A stretch of DNA of 64,000 bases from the NCBI GenBank assembly GCA_963715335.1, contig CAVQRZ010000023.1:119541-183540 (forward strand), read 5' to 3'. How positions within the stretch are numbered: the stretch's first letter is position 1; every line of letters begins with the position of its first letter. The notes under the pieces were generated by a model that searched no databases, was not told where the DNA came from, and saw only the letters and a list, made by a program, of their open reading frames with translations. The stretch is from an uncultured delta proteobacterium. GTDB taxonomy: Bacteria; Desulfobacterota; Desulfuromonadia; Desulfuromonadales; BM103. Of the stretch, positions 1 through 8,166 are shown piece by piece. The translations under genes were made by a program, and so were the position numbers.

Positions 1-432
1 TTCAAAGCTCACTTATCACACGCGGCGATTCTTTACCTTGCGTTGACACTGAATCGGTCAAATCGGAGCAGGTTATAGGGCGGGTTGTGAGTTTTTATCG
101 CTTCGGCAGGCGGCATCAAGTTGTCGGAGGGTTCATAGGCAGGATTGTGGGTCTGTTCTACCGATATGCAGGCCGTATCGATCCGCAAAGACAGGCGCGA
201 GGCGGCTGGCTAGCGCGCAAAATCCGCTTTTTCAGCATGGCGATACTGAAAACAATTCAATGTGATGGGAAAGCTGAGAGGCTTAAACTTGATGGGGCAG
301 ATGAATTGAAGGTGTGGACTATAGCCGGGAGGGTTATCGGACAACAGGATCAGGACTCAAGGCAATGGAAGATTGCCTGGCCATGGATGTTTTTGTTGAA
401 ATCAGGGAGACTTTTAAGATGGGGCAGAGGTC

Positions 433-639
433 TTATTTTTCGCCGTTACCTACAGAACAGTAAACACTAGCTCCATTGCCACGCGTACAGTTACCCTGGT
501 TTGACGCCCCTGACCCAGATGCGCATTGGGTTGGACCGCCAGGCGTGGGCGTAGTACCAGTCGCGCATTCACCGAAAATCGGCTGACATGAGTCAACAGA
601 CCTGACCATCGGCTCTTTCCATAAACGCTTATTACTCAT
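433..639 (-). CDS. scmA: RiPP precursor peptide, SynChlorMet ScmA-like (68 aa, Cys/Gly-rich core)
   Basis: Short ORF with GAGGGG RBS, ~100 bp downstream of two rSAM/SPASM genes; leader W-K-E-P-M-V (aromatic-x-x-P-x-hydrophobic, RRE-type motif); core repeats CATGTT, CASGSG, CTRGNG, CSVGNG. Confidence 0.75.
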   Translation of the reverse strand: MSNKRLWKEPMVRSVDSCQPIFGECATGTTPTPGGPTQCASGSGASNQGNCTRGNGASVYCSVGNGEK

Positions 640-742
640 ACAACAGCCCCCTCAAAAATGATTTCCGCGATTATAGCCCTATCCGGGTATCTTGCCAACC
701 CCCAGATTATGTAGCCAATCTGCAAGATGAGCCTCGACACCT

Positions 743-1816
743 TTAGCCTCTGCGCCTCTTTAACGGGAACAACCCTTGTTCAGCGGCTTGTTGACAGAAC
801 CAGTATGGTGCCAGCAGGTCACCGGAGAGCTGATAATTGGAGGCGACACAACTACCAAGGCAGTTTTCCTGCATCAAACAATCACGGCAAATCCCCTGAA
901 GACTCTTCGGCAAGCCTTCCCTCAGGCCCATAAGCACCTGGTGGCTCTGCCAAATCTCCTTGAGCTTTACTGACATGACAGCACCCATCGACAGTTCCGG
1001 AACATGTTGACCAACACCACACAACGAGTAGGCCCCTGAGGGCAGGATGCCGAGCACGTGCATGATGTTACAGACCCCGTCATCCTCCCCGGAGATTATG
1101 CGTGAGAGAGGTCGGAAAGCATGTGGAACGCCCATTTGAATGGGGAGGCTGAACTGCTGTGACCACTTCTCAGAAACTTTTGCAGATATATCCAGGATCT
1201 CCTTGATACTCAAGGCATCTCCTTCATTAGAGAGGGTCTCAGCTCTCAGGACCGGTTGCAGCACGTTCAGTTTGACTGCGCCAGCGCCCAACCCCTCAGC
1301 CAGGGCAAAAAAATCAGGCAGTTGTCTTTTGTTCGATTGTTGCAAGGTCAAAATCAATTCAGGACGGAAACCCGCGCCAACCAATGCGCGAATCCCCATA
1401 ATGGTTTTTTTAAAACCACTTTTGACGCAGCGAATCGCATCGTGGGTCCTGTCATTTGCTCCATCCAGGCTCACGGACACCCTGCTCACTCCGCTGTCCC
1501 GCATCAAGCTTGCCAGTTCATCATTAACCAACATACCGTTAGTCTCGACAATCGCCTCTAGATTGTATTCTCTCTGCAAATCAAGAAGCTCACGGAAACA
1601 CGGATGCAGTGTCGGTTCCCCGCCAGTCCACTTGATGGCAGAAAGACCCAACGGGAGAGCCTGTTCGATGGCATGCCTCAATATTCGCGGCTCAAGGACA
1701 ACTTGCTCATCCTGCTTTTGACGTTCCGGCACGAACCAGCAATGCCGACAAGCACAGTTACAACCACTGGTCAGGTAAGCATAGAAGGTATTCAATGTCG
1801 GCACAGTCACGGCCAT
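743..1816 (-). CDS. scmF: Radical SAM/SPASM peptide maturase, SynChlorMet ScmF-like
   Basis: YLTSGCNCACRHCW (CxxxCxxC), TGGEPTLHP, SPASM cysteines CNIM...YSLC and CRDCLMQENCLGSC; ATG at 1816 overlaps the end of the upstream gene. Confidence 0.85.
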   Translation of the reverse strand: MAVTVPTLNTFYAYLTSGCNCACRHCWFVPERQKQDEQVVLEPRILRHAIEQALPLGLSAIKWTGGEPTLHPCFRELLDLQREYNLEAIVETNGMLVNDELASLMRDSGVSRVSVSLDGANDRTHDAIRCVKSGFKKTIMGIRALVGAGFRPELILTLQQSNKRQLPDFFALAEGLGAGAVKLNVLQPVLRAETLSNEGDALSIKEILDISAKVSEKWSQQFSLPIQMGVPHAFRPLSRIISGEDDGVCNIMHVLGILPSGAYSLCGVGQHVPELSMGAVMSVKLKEIWQSHQVLMGLREGLPKSLQGICRDCLMQENCLGSCVASNYQLSGDLLAPYWFCQQAAEQGLFPLKRRRG

Positions 1817-2916
1817 AACGATAGCCCCTCTGCTGCAAGTTTCTCCTGAAATCGTTTGAGACAGGTCGACGGGCATGGCTGGTCAACTTTCCCGGTCGCT
1901 GTAAACGCCGTACCGGGACAGTTCCCGGTACAACTTGACTGCCATTCACACAGACGACATTCGTCAAACTCTTCAAGCGCAATTTCCCACCGTTCACGCA
2001 ACCGGCATAATGACTCGGCATTCTGCCAGACCTCAACCAGTGGAGTCTCTCCGACCTTGCCGAGGACCATGTGCGGCAGCATGACACAGGGGATATAAGC
2101 ACCATCTGAACGAACCGCAAGGCTGTCGTAAATACAGCCACAACCGACCAGACGTCCCCGACCCGGCACAGGAGTCCCAGACCGTCGTGCCTCCTCCATT
2201 TCACTGAACATACGCCAGTCCGCCAGAGGCCCTGCATTTGCGCGAATCCGCCCCGGATATTGTTTGTCAAGGTTCGCCATGATTTTTATCGCTTTTAAAT
2301 GCTCTCTGGTGTTAAGCAAAACACCCGTGCCGTATTTTGTCGAAGTCCCGAGCGAGGAAGCGGCATTGGTACTGAAAGAAGGGAGCCTCAGTTCTGTCAG
2401 CAATAGTCGTGCGATTTTCGGAAGGTCATCTATATTGCCGGGATGGATGGTCACTCTGACTGTTACTGGCAGTTTGGTACTCTGCAAAGCTCTGATTCCT
2501 GATAACGCCGGCTCAAATGTTCCCTTACCGCGAAGACTTTCATGAATTTCTGCTGTCGAGCCATCCAGTGACACCTGGACCATGTCACACCGGCCTGTCT
2601 GCTGCAGGTGAACAGCAATTTGCGAGGTCAGGAAACTGCCGTTGGTCAACACGGAAAAACGCATGCGATTGGCAACAATCCCGTCAACCAAGTCTAAAAA
2701 ATCATCCCTGATCAACGGTTCACCACCCTGCAGGGTTACATTCATCACCTGGCAGTTTGCCAGTTCCTCGAAAAAGGTTAACCAGAATTCAGTAGGCAGG
2801 TCGGCGTAGATTACATCAGGGTTGTTAAGATAGTAACAATAGCTGCAGTTCGCGTTGCAGCGGCTGGTAATTTCAAGATCCAGAGAGCGTGGAGTACGCA
2901 TCACTTGCGGAGACAT
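1807..2916 (-). CDS. scmE: Radical SAM/SPASM peptide maturase, SynChlorMet ScmE-like
   Basis: MRTPRSLDLEITSRCNANCSYC, LQGGEP, SPASM CGC...YIPC and CRLCEWQSSCTGNC; TAATG coupling to the upstream PqqD gene at 2914-2918. Confidence 0.85.
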   Translation of the reverse strand: MSPQVMRTPRSLDLEITSRCNANCSYCYYLNNPDVIYADLPTEFWLTFFEELANCQVMNVTLQGGEPLIRDDFLDLVDGIVANRMRFSVLTNGSFLTSQIAVHLQQTGRCDMVQVSLDGSTAEIHESLRGKGTFEPALSGIRALQSTKLPVTVRVTIHPGNIDDLPKIARLLLTELRLPSFSTNAASSLGTSTKYGTGVLLNTREHLKAIKIMANLDKQYPGRIRANAGPLADWRMFSEMEEARRSGTPVPGRGRLVGCGCIYDSLAVRSDGAYIPCVMLPHMVLGKVGETPLVEVWQNAESLCRLRERWEIALEEFDECRLCEWQSSCTGNCPGTAFTATGKVDQPCPSTCLKRFQEKLAAEGLSLWP

Positions 2917-3221
2917 TAATCCTGCTCCCAAACCCCTACAGCACCGAGGATTGCTAATGTCTCCATTAAACCAATGACCTGCTGGGCCGTCGAGTCATCA
3001 ATGCCCTCGTATCTGTTCCTTAGGCAATCAACAACTTCACCCAGGCTACGTTTTCCATCCAGCAACTTCCATACGTCAACCGCCGTGCTGTTGAGCATCT
3101 GCACCTTTCCATTATCAGGGTCAAACAACAGCGCGCAATCATCGTCTTCGATGCGCAGAACGAGACCTGGATTGACCGCCAGGCGACTGTCCATATCGAT
3201 TTTCAATTCGTTGTTATCCAA
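2916..3221 (-). CDS. scmD: PqqD-family RiPP recognition element, ScmD-like
   Basis: LRIEDDDCALLFDPDNGKVQMLNSTAVDVWKLLDGKRS is a PqqD signature; directly upstream of the rSAM genes. Confidence 0.85.
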   Translation of the reverse strand: MDNNELKIDMDSRLAVNPGLVLRIEDDDCALLFDPDNGKVQMLNSTAVDVWKLLDGKRSLGEVVDCLRNRYEGIDDSTAQQVIGLMETLAILGAVGVWEQD

Positions 3222-3242
3222 AGGAATCCTTAATAGAAGAGA

Positions 3243-3530
3243 CTATTCTATTGGCAGCTTTACAACGAGACCGTGACGTAGAGCGAAACCAAGGATGGAT
3301 CGAGTCTGTCGTTCAGCATCAGCCCGGTTGAGGTCAAAGTTCTGCAACAGGAAATTCAAACAATCACTACGGTTAAAAAATCGTCCTTCAGGCAGCAACG
3401 ACGCCTGCTCGAAGAGCGCCGCGGCAGCGTGATTGACAGTAACCATCACATCCCGATTAGCAATCAGCATAACTGCATCCTCGTCAAAAAATTCAATGAA
3501 AACATGAGGAGAGAGTTGGTAGCAATCCAC
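3243..3530 (-). CDS. Second, divergent PqqD/RRE-like protein
   Basis: 95 aa; FIEFFDEDAVMLIA...TVNHAAAALFEQ parallels the PqqD strand-LN-helix pattern; first gene of the cassette. Confidence 0.55.
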   Translation of the reverse strand: MDCYQLSPHVFIEFFDEDAVMLIANRDVMVTVNHAAAALFEQASLLPEGRFFNRSDCLNFLLQNFDLNRADAERQTRSILGFALRHGLVVKLPIE

Positions 3531-3560
3531 CAGGCGTACACCTTTCGAATATGATCCTTC

Positions 3561-3590
3561 ATGTTAGTTGTTTTACAAGTGGACTGTCAA
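3561..3590 (-). promoter_or_regulatory. sigma70-type promoter for the scm cassette
   Basis: TTGACA-N18-TAACAT on the minus strand ~30 bp upstream of the first cassette gene. Confidence 0.5.
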
Positions 3591-3629
3591 ATAAACGGAG
3601 GGATGAAATCATTCACCGCCAGAGAATGA

Positions 3630-4329
3630 TCAAAACCCTGACAGCGCCATCAGCAGCGGCAGGAGAAAGGTTGTCATCAGACCATTCAACCCGATCGCCA
3701 AACCAGCAGCGGCACCGGCAAGACGGTTGACCTCGAGCATTCTCGCCGTACCGATGCCGTGGGCGGACGTGCCGATCGCAAGCCCCATCGACACCGGGGA
3801 AGTCACACCGATGCGGCGGCAGAACTCCGGGCCGCAGACCGCCCCGAGACAACCGGTCAGAACGACCAGGGCGGCGGTCAGAGGCGCAATGCCACCGAGC
3901 TTGTCAACGATACTGATGGCAATCGGTGTGGTCACCGACTTCGGTGCCAGGGAGAGGATCACCTCCCGGCTGCCACCGAGGAGCCAGGCCAGTCCGCAGG
4001 CTGAAATAATCGAGGCGAGAGAGCCGGCAAAGATGCCGGCCAGGATCAGTCGCTTGCGTTTCCAGATCTCTTCACGGCGCTGGTACAGAGGGACTGCCAG
4101 GGCAACCACGGATGGACCGAGCAGGAACAGGATCATGTCGCCGCCACGGGCATAATCACGGTATTCGATCCCGGTGCCTTTAAGCAGCAGAATGATTGCA
4201 ACGATCGCCAACAGGACCGGGTTGGCCCATACGCTGTTGACGCGCCGGTAGAGGGTTTGCGCCAAGCAGGTAGACGACCAGCGTCAGGCCGATGCCGAAC
4301 AGCGGAGTCTTGACCAGTTCAGCCCACAT
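3630..4329 (-). CDS. lrgB: LrgB/CidB family membrane protein (+1 frameshift near 4265)
   Basis: LLGPSVVALAVPLY, SLAPKSVTTPIA, AHGIGTAR; true N-terminus MWAELVKTPLFGIGLTLVVYL lies in another frame from ATG 4329. Confidence 0.9.
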
Positions 4330-4672
4330 CATCGCTCCCCCGGTTTTCGAGTTTCTGGGCCAGCAGACCGGTGACAGCCATGACTACAAAAGTACTGATT
4401 ATTGTTGCGACGGTAATCGGCAACCATTCTGCAGCGATCAGGTCACTGTAAACCATGACGCCGACGCCGGCCGGGACAAAGAACAGCGTCATGTTGGACA
4501 GCAGGATTTCCGCTGCCTCCTCGATCCATTTCACATCAACCCAGCCGACAATTAAACCAAGCAACAGCAGCCCCATCCCCATGACGTTACCTGGAATCGG
4601 TAAGCCCAGGGACCGGCTGATGATTTCACCACACAGCTGGAACAGCAGCAGGAATGTCAGACCACGAACCAT
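4319..4672 (-). CDS. lrgA: CidA/LrgA family holin-like protein
   Basis: PIPGNVMGMGLLL, LFFVPAGVGV; adjacent to lrgB. Confidence 0.9.
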   Translation of the reverse strand: MVRGLTFLLLFQLCGEIISRSLGLPIPGNVMGMGLLLLGLIVGWVDVKWIEEAAEILLSNMTLFFVPAGVGVMVYSDLIAAEWLPITVATIISTFVVMAVTGLLAQKLENRGSDDVG

Positions 4673-4684
4673 GAGGCTCCCTCA

Positions 4685-4719
4685 TTCTGGATACTGAATA
4701 CTGAATTCTGAATACCAGT
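4685..4719. repeat. Heptamer tandem repeat (T(A/T)CTGAA-type, 5 degenerate units)
   Basis: ttctgga tactgaa tactgaa ttctgaa taccagt between the TPR gene and lrgA. Confidence 0.7.
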
Positions 4720-4730
4720 CACTCGACACA

Positions 4731-5523
4731 TCAGCCTTCGTCCTGGAGGCCTTCGATAAGCGCCTTGACTTCGGCGCAGATATCCTTCGATGCCTGGCTC
4801 TTCTCATGTTTGAGAAATTCCCTGAAACAGTGCAGAGACTCCTGAATCTGCTCCTGGTCCAGGTAGATATTTCCCAGCGTCAGGTAAGCAAAGGAGAAAT
4901 CCGGATCGAGGGCTATGGCCTTGCGGCAGTATTTTTCTGCCTCGGCCAGATGCATCATTCTCATAGTGGAACTCGGCCAGGTTGAAATGGCCCTGCGGAT
5001 CTTCAGGTTCGAGCTCGATGGCCTTCTCAAAACAATCGCGAGCTTCATCCGCACGTCCGGTCGCGAAACAGACATCGCCAAGTGAATAGAGGGCAAAAGC
5101 CGACTCCGGGTCCTGTTCGAGAGCCTGTCGATAGCACTCCTCGGCCTTGTCCATGCGCTCCTGATGAAAGTGGATCAGGCCGAGACTGACTCGGGCGTCG
5201 ATTTGACCCGGGTCACGTAACAGAACATCCTCGTAGACCCGGCATGCTTCTTCAGGACGTCCCAGTTCAAAATAAACATCGCCCAGGTCAAATTGCAGAT
5301 CATATTCTCCAGGAAGTTCTCCAACGACTTTCTCAAGCACTCTGGCCGCCTCTTCAAGATGACCCGCCTCGACCAGGGCTTCCCCCAGGAAGGCACGGGT
5401 TTCGACGTCGTCCCCCTGCTCCTGCAAAAGCCTTTTGAGGATCCGTACGGCCTCTTCCGCCGCACCTTTTTCAAGCGCCTGCTCCGCCCTGCTTATGGAA
5501 ATTTGTCCTTCATTCATCTGCAT
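4731..5523 (-). CDS. Tetratricopeptide repeat protein (frameshift near 4952)
   Basis: Consecutive TPR motifs (LGEALVEAG, LGDVYFELG, LGNIYLDQ) split over ORFs 4804..5565 and 4731..5096; RBS GAGGAG before ATG 5523. Confidence 0.85.
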
Positions 5524-6847
5524 TCTCCTCGTATTCTGTGTTAAGAACCGGCGCAAACTCTTCATTCAAGGTGTCAAGCATGTCCCACACTCCCCATGGC
5601 TCAGCCGGAATGACTTCAACCTCGACCTGCAGGTGGTCGGCAAGGTCGCGAATGGACACATCGTCCAGGAACACATCTTCAGCTTCACGCAGCATGACAT
5701 CCGGAACCAGCAGTATCTGGCCGAGTTCTGCATTGGCCAACTGCTCAAGCAGATCCTGGCCGGTCAGAAGTCCGGCCACGGTAACATCCCCGGCAAAGAA
5801 GCGATTCTCAACCGTATGCACCCGCAGGTCAGTACCGCATTTTTCGTTCAGTAAATCAGCAAACCAGCGGAGTTCCCCGGCAGCGGACACCCCGGTCACC
5901 AGGCTGACCGGCGGCAGCTTGAGCGGTTGCGCCTCTTTGATCACTGCCTCGGCCTGCATACGAAACATCGGGACCAGGCCGACGCCATTCTCAATCTGGG
6001 ACAGTTCTTCGTAGGACTCCAGGGGAGGAAAATCCTTTGCCGCCCTGAGATAGAGTTCGTCAGCGGCGAACATAAATCGTGTGCCGAGCGTTTCCAGCAA
6101 CTCGGACTGTTTCTCCCCTATCCAATCTGCCAGTTCCAGAGCTTCGCCCCTGGTGTGGATCCTCAATTCTGGAAGACGCTGCCGGTGCCCGGTCAATCCG
6201 ACCGGGACAATCGCCAGAGATTTGACTCCGGGAGCAAGGCAGGACAGTTCTTTCAAGGTCTGCTCCAGGTGAACACCATCGTTAATTCCGGGACAGACAA
6301 CGACCTGGGTGTGCAACTCTATGCCTCCATTGACCAGGGTCCTGATTATCGGCATGACATCCGGTGCAGGTTTGCCAAGCAGTTTTTGCCGCAGCGTGTT
6401 ATCGACGGCATGCACTGAGATGTAGAGTGGCGAGAGCTGCTTACGCAAAATCAGCTTCAGGTCATCCTCAGTCAGGTTGGTCAGGGTGATATAGGCCCCG
6501 TAAAGATAGGAAAACCGGTAGTCTTCGTCCTTGATGTACAGGGTACGCCGCATGCCCTGCGGCAGTTGGTGGACGAAACAGAAGATACAGTTGTTCCCGC
6601 ACTGTTTCGGTTCCGGATGCGGCAACAAGATGCCGAGCGGCTCCTCGCTGTCGTGCTCGATGTCGAGTTCCCAGATTTCACCATCGACGCGTTCAACTTC
6701 GATCCACAGCTTTTCGCGAGGTTCTTCGATCAGGTAATCAACCAGGTCATTGACCTGTTCGCCGTTCAAGCGAACCAGACGGTCACCGGGCTGCAACCCC
6801 AATTCATCGGCAATACTGCCGGGCTCTATGGCAAGGATTTCAAGCAT
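5510..6847 (-). CDS. PDZ + DUF512 radical SAM-like Fe-S protein
   Basis: N-terminal PGSIADELGLQPGD (PDZ), CGNNCIFCFVHQLP, LYIKDEDYRFSY, QIENGVG. Confidence 0.9.
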   Translation of the reverse strand: MLEILAIEPGSIADELGLQPGDRLVRLNGEQVNDLVDYLIEEPREKLWIEVERVDGEIWELDIEHDSEEPLGILLPHPEPKQCGNNCIFCFVHQLPQGMRRTLYIKDEDYRFSYLYGAYITLTNLTEDDLKLILRKQLSPLYISVHAVDNTLRQKLLGKPAPDVMPIIRTLVNGGIELHTQVVVCPGINDGVHLEQTLKELSCLAPGVKSLAIVPVGLTGHRQRLPELRIHTRGEALELADWIGEKQSELLETLGTRFMFAADELYLRAAKDFPPLESYEELSQIENGVGLVPMFRMQAEAVIKEAQPLKLPPVSLVTGVSAAGELRWFADLLNEKCGTDLRVHTVENRFFAGDVTVAGLLTGQDLLEQLANAELGQILLVPDVMLREAEDVFLDDVSIRDLADHLQVEVEVIPAEPWGVWDMLDTLNEEFAPVLNTEYEENADE

Positions 6848-6900
6848 AATGCAACCTGGGCAGCGATCTACCGCCTAAGACTTAAATCTTAGCCCTCAAC

Positions 6901-6946
6901 AAAAACAAAGGCCCCAAGCCGGTATTTCCGGCAAGGGACCTTTGGC
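6901..6946 (-). terminator. Intrinsic terminator after hfq
   Basis: CAAAGGTCCCTTGCCGG-AAATA-CCGGCTTGGGGCCTTTG followed by TTTTT on the minus strand. Confidence 0.7.
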
Positions 6947-6975
6947 GCATACAGTTCGACAATTCAGGGCGAAAA

Positions 6976-7209
6976 TCAGTCCCTGCCGCCATGCAGGCGG
7001 AAGCTGCCGTCGGCTGATGTAATTGACGTGATTGCATGTTTGTAAAGCAGCAGATCACCGTTACTGTCAACCAGCACGCAGAAGCTGTCAAACGATTTGA
7101 CGTAGCCTTGCATTTTCTCGCCGGACATCATGGCGATGTCGACGAGGACTCTCTCTTTGCGAGCCTGGTTAAGATATTGATCCTGAATATTGAAGGGGGA
7201 CTTAGCCAT
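6976..7209 (-). CDS. hfq: RNA chaperone Hfq
   Basis: NIQDQYLNQARKER...SFDSFCVLV...LLYKHAITSI; follows miaA. Confidence 0.95.
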   Translation of the reverse strand: MAKSPFNIQDQYLNQARKERVLVDIAMMSGEKMQGYVKSFDSFCVLVDSNGDLLLYKHAITSITSADGSFRLHGGRD

Positions 7210-7225
7210 AACAACCACTCCTTTT

Positions 7226-8164
7226 CTAAATGACATGGAAATTTTCAATCAACTTCTGGATTGTAGCAAAGTCACTAAATGATTCAAGCCAAATTATTGA
7301 TTTATCTTTACGAAACCAGGTTATCTGTTGTTTTGCGTAACGCCGTGTCGAGCGTTTCAGGTCTTCTACAGCTTCTTCATGAGACATTTCGCCGCGCAGC
7401 AACGCAAAGGCCTGCCGATAACCGATGGTTTTGAAGATTTTCAGACCAGGATCATATCCGCTCTGCAGAATCTGCTCAGCCTCTCCAAGCAGGCCCTGCT
7501 GGAACATCGCCTCGGACCGCCGGTCGATCCGTTCATAAAGGGCTTTCCGCTCACAGGCCAGGCCAATCTTCAGGACACGGTAACGCTCGGTCTTGAATCC
7601 GTGCTCATCCTGCAACTCGGAGAGGGGGCGGCCGGACTGGCGAAAAACTTCCAGGGCACGAACGATTCTGATCAGGTCGTTGGGATGCAAACGGGCCGCT
7701 GATTCCGGGTCAATCTCTGCGAGCTCTGCATGCAGGGGCGCACTGCCCTCCCGTTTTGCCCGGTCATGTAAATGCTTGCGCAGGTCCGGATTGGCGCCCG
7801 GGGCATCGAGCAGACCTTCCGTCAATGCCTTGATATAGAGACCGGTTCCGCCAACCAGAAAAGGCCGTTTGTTGCGCTGGCAGATGTCCTGCATGGCTGC
7901 CTCGGCAAGGGTGATAAACCGCGCGGCATGGAACTCCTCGTTGGGCCAAACCACGTCAATCAGGTGATGCCGAACCCGCAGCTTTTCCTCTGGCGTCGGC
8001 TTGGCTGTGCCGATATCCAACAGGCGATAAACCTGGCGGGAGTCCGCGGAGATGATCTCACCACCGAAGACCTCGGCAAGCGCCAGGGCCAGCTCCGTCT
8101 TGCCAGCTGCAGTCGGGCCGCAGATGACCGTCAGAGGGGAACGCATGTCTGTCGTATCCGGCAC
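7226..8164 (-). CDS. miaA: tRNA dimethylallyltransferase
   Basis: GPTAAGKT, ISADSRQVYRLLDIGTAKP, VGGTGLY, TRRYAKQQITWFR. Confidence 0.97.
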   Translation of the reverse strand: MPDTTDMRSPLTVICGPTAAGKTELALALAEVFGGEIISADSRQVYRLLDIGTAKPTPEEKLRVRHHLIDVVWPNEEFHAARFITLAEAAMQDICQRNKRPFLVGGTGLYIKALTEGLLDAPGANPDLRKHLHDRAKREGSAPLHAELAEIDPESAARLHPNDLIRIVRALEVFRQSGRPLSELQDEHGFKTERYRVLKIGLACERKALYERIDRRSEAMFQQGLLGEAEQILQSGYDPGLKIFKTIGYRQAFALLRGEMSHEEAVEDLKRSTRRYAKQQITWFRKDKSIIWLESFSDFATIQKLIENFHVI

Positions 8165-8166
8165 AG

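Noticed and set aside
87..470. 127-aa plus-strand ORF
   Set aside because: No recognisable motif, overlaps the precursor end on the opposite strand; treated as spurious. I could not assign a gene to 1-430.
743..3221. PQQ or mycofactocin biosynthesis
   Set aside because: No pqqB/C or mftD/E, and the precursor lacks the PqqA ExxxY and MftA C-terminal motifs.
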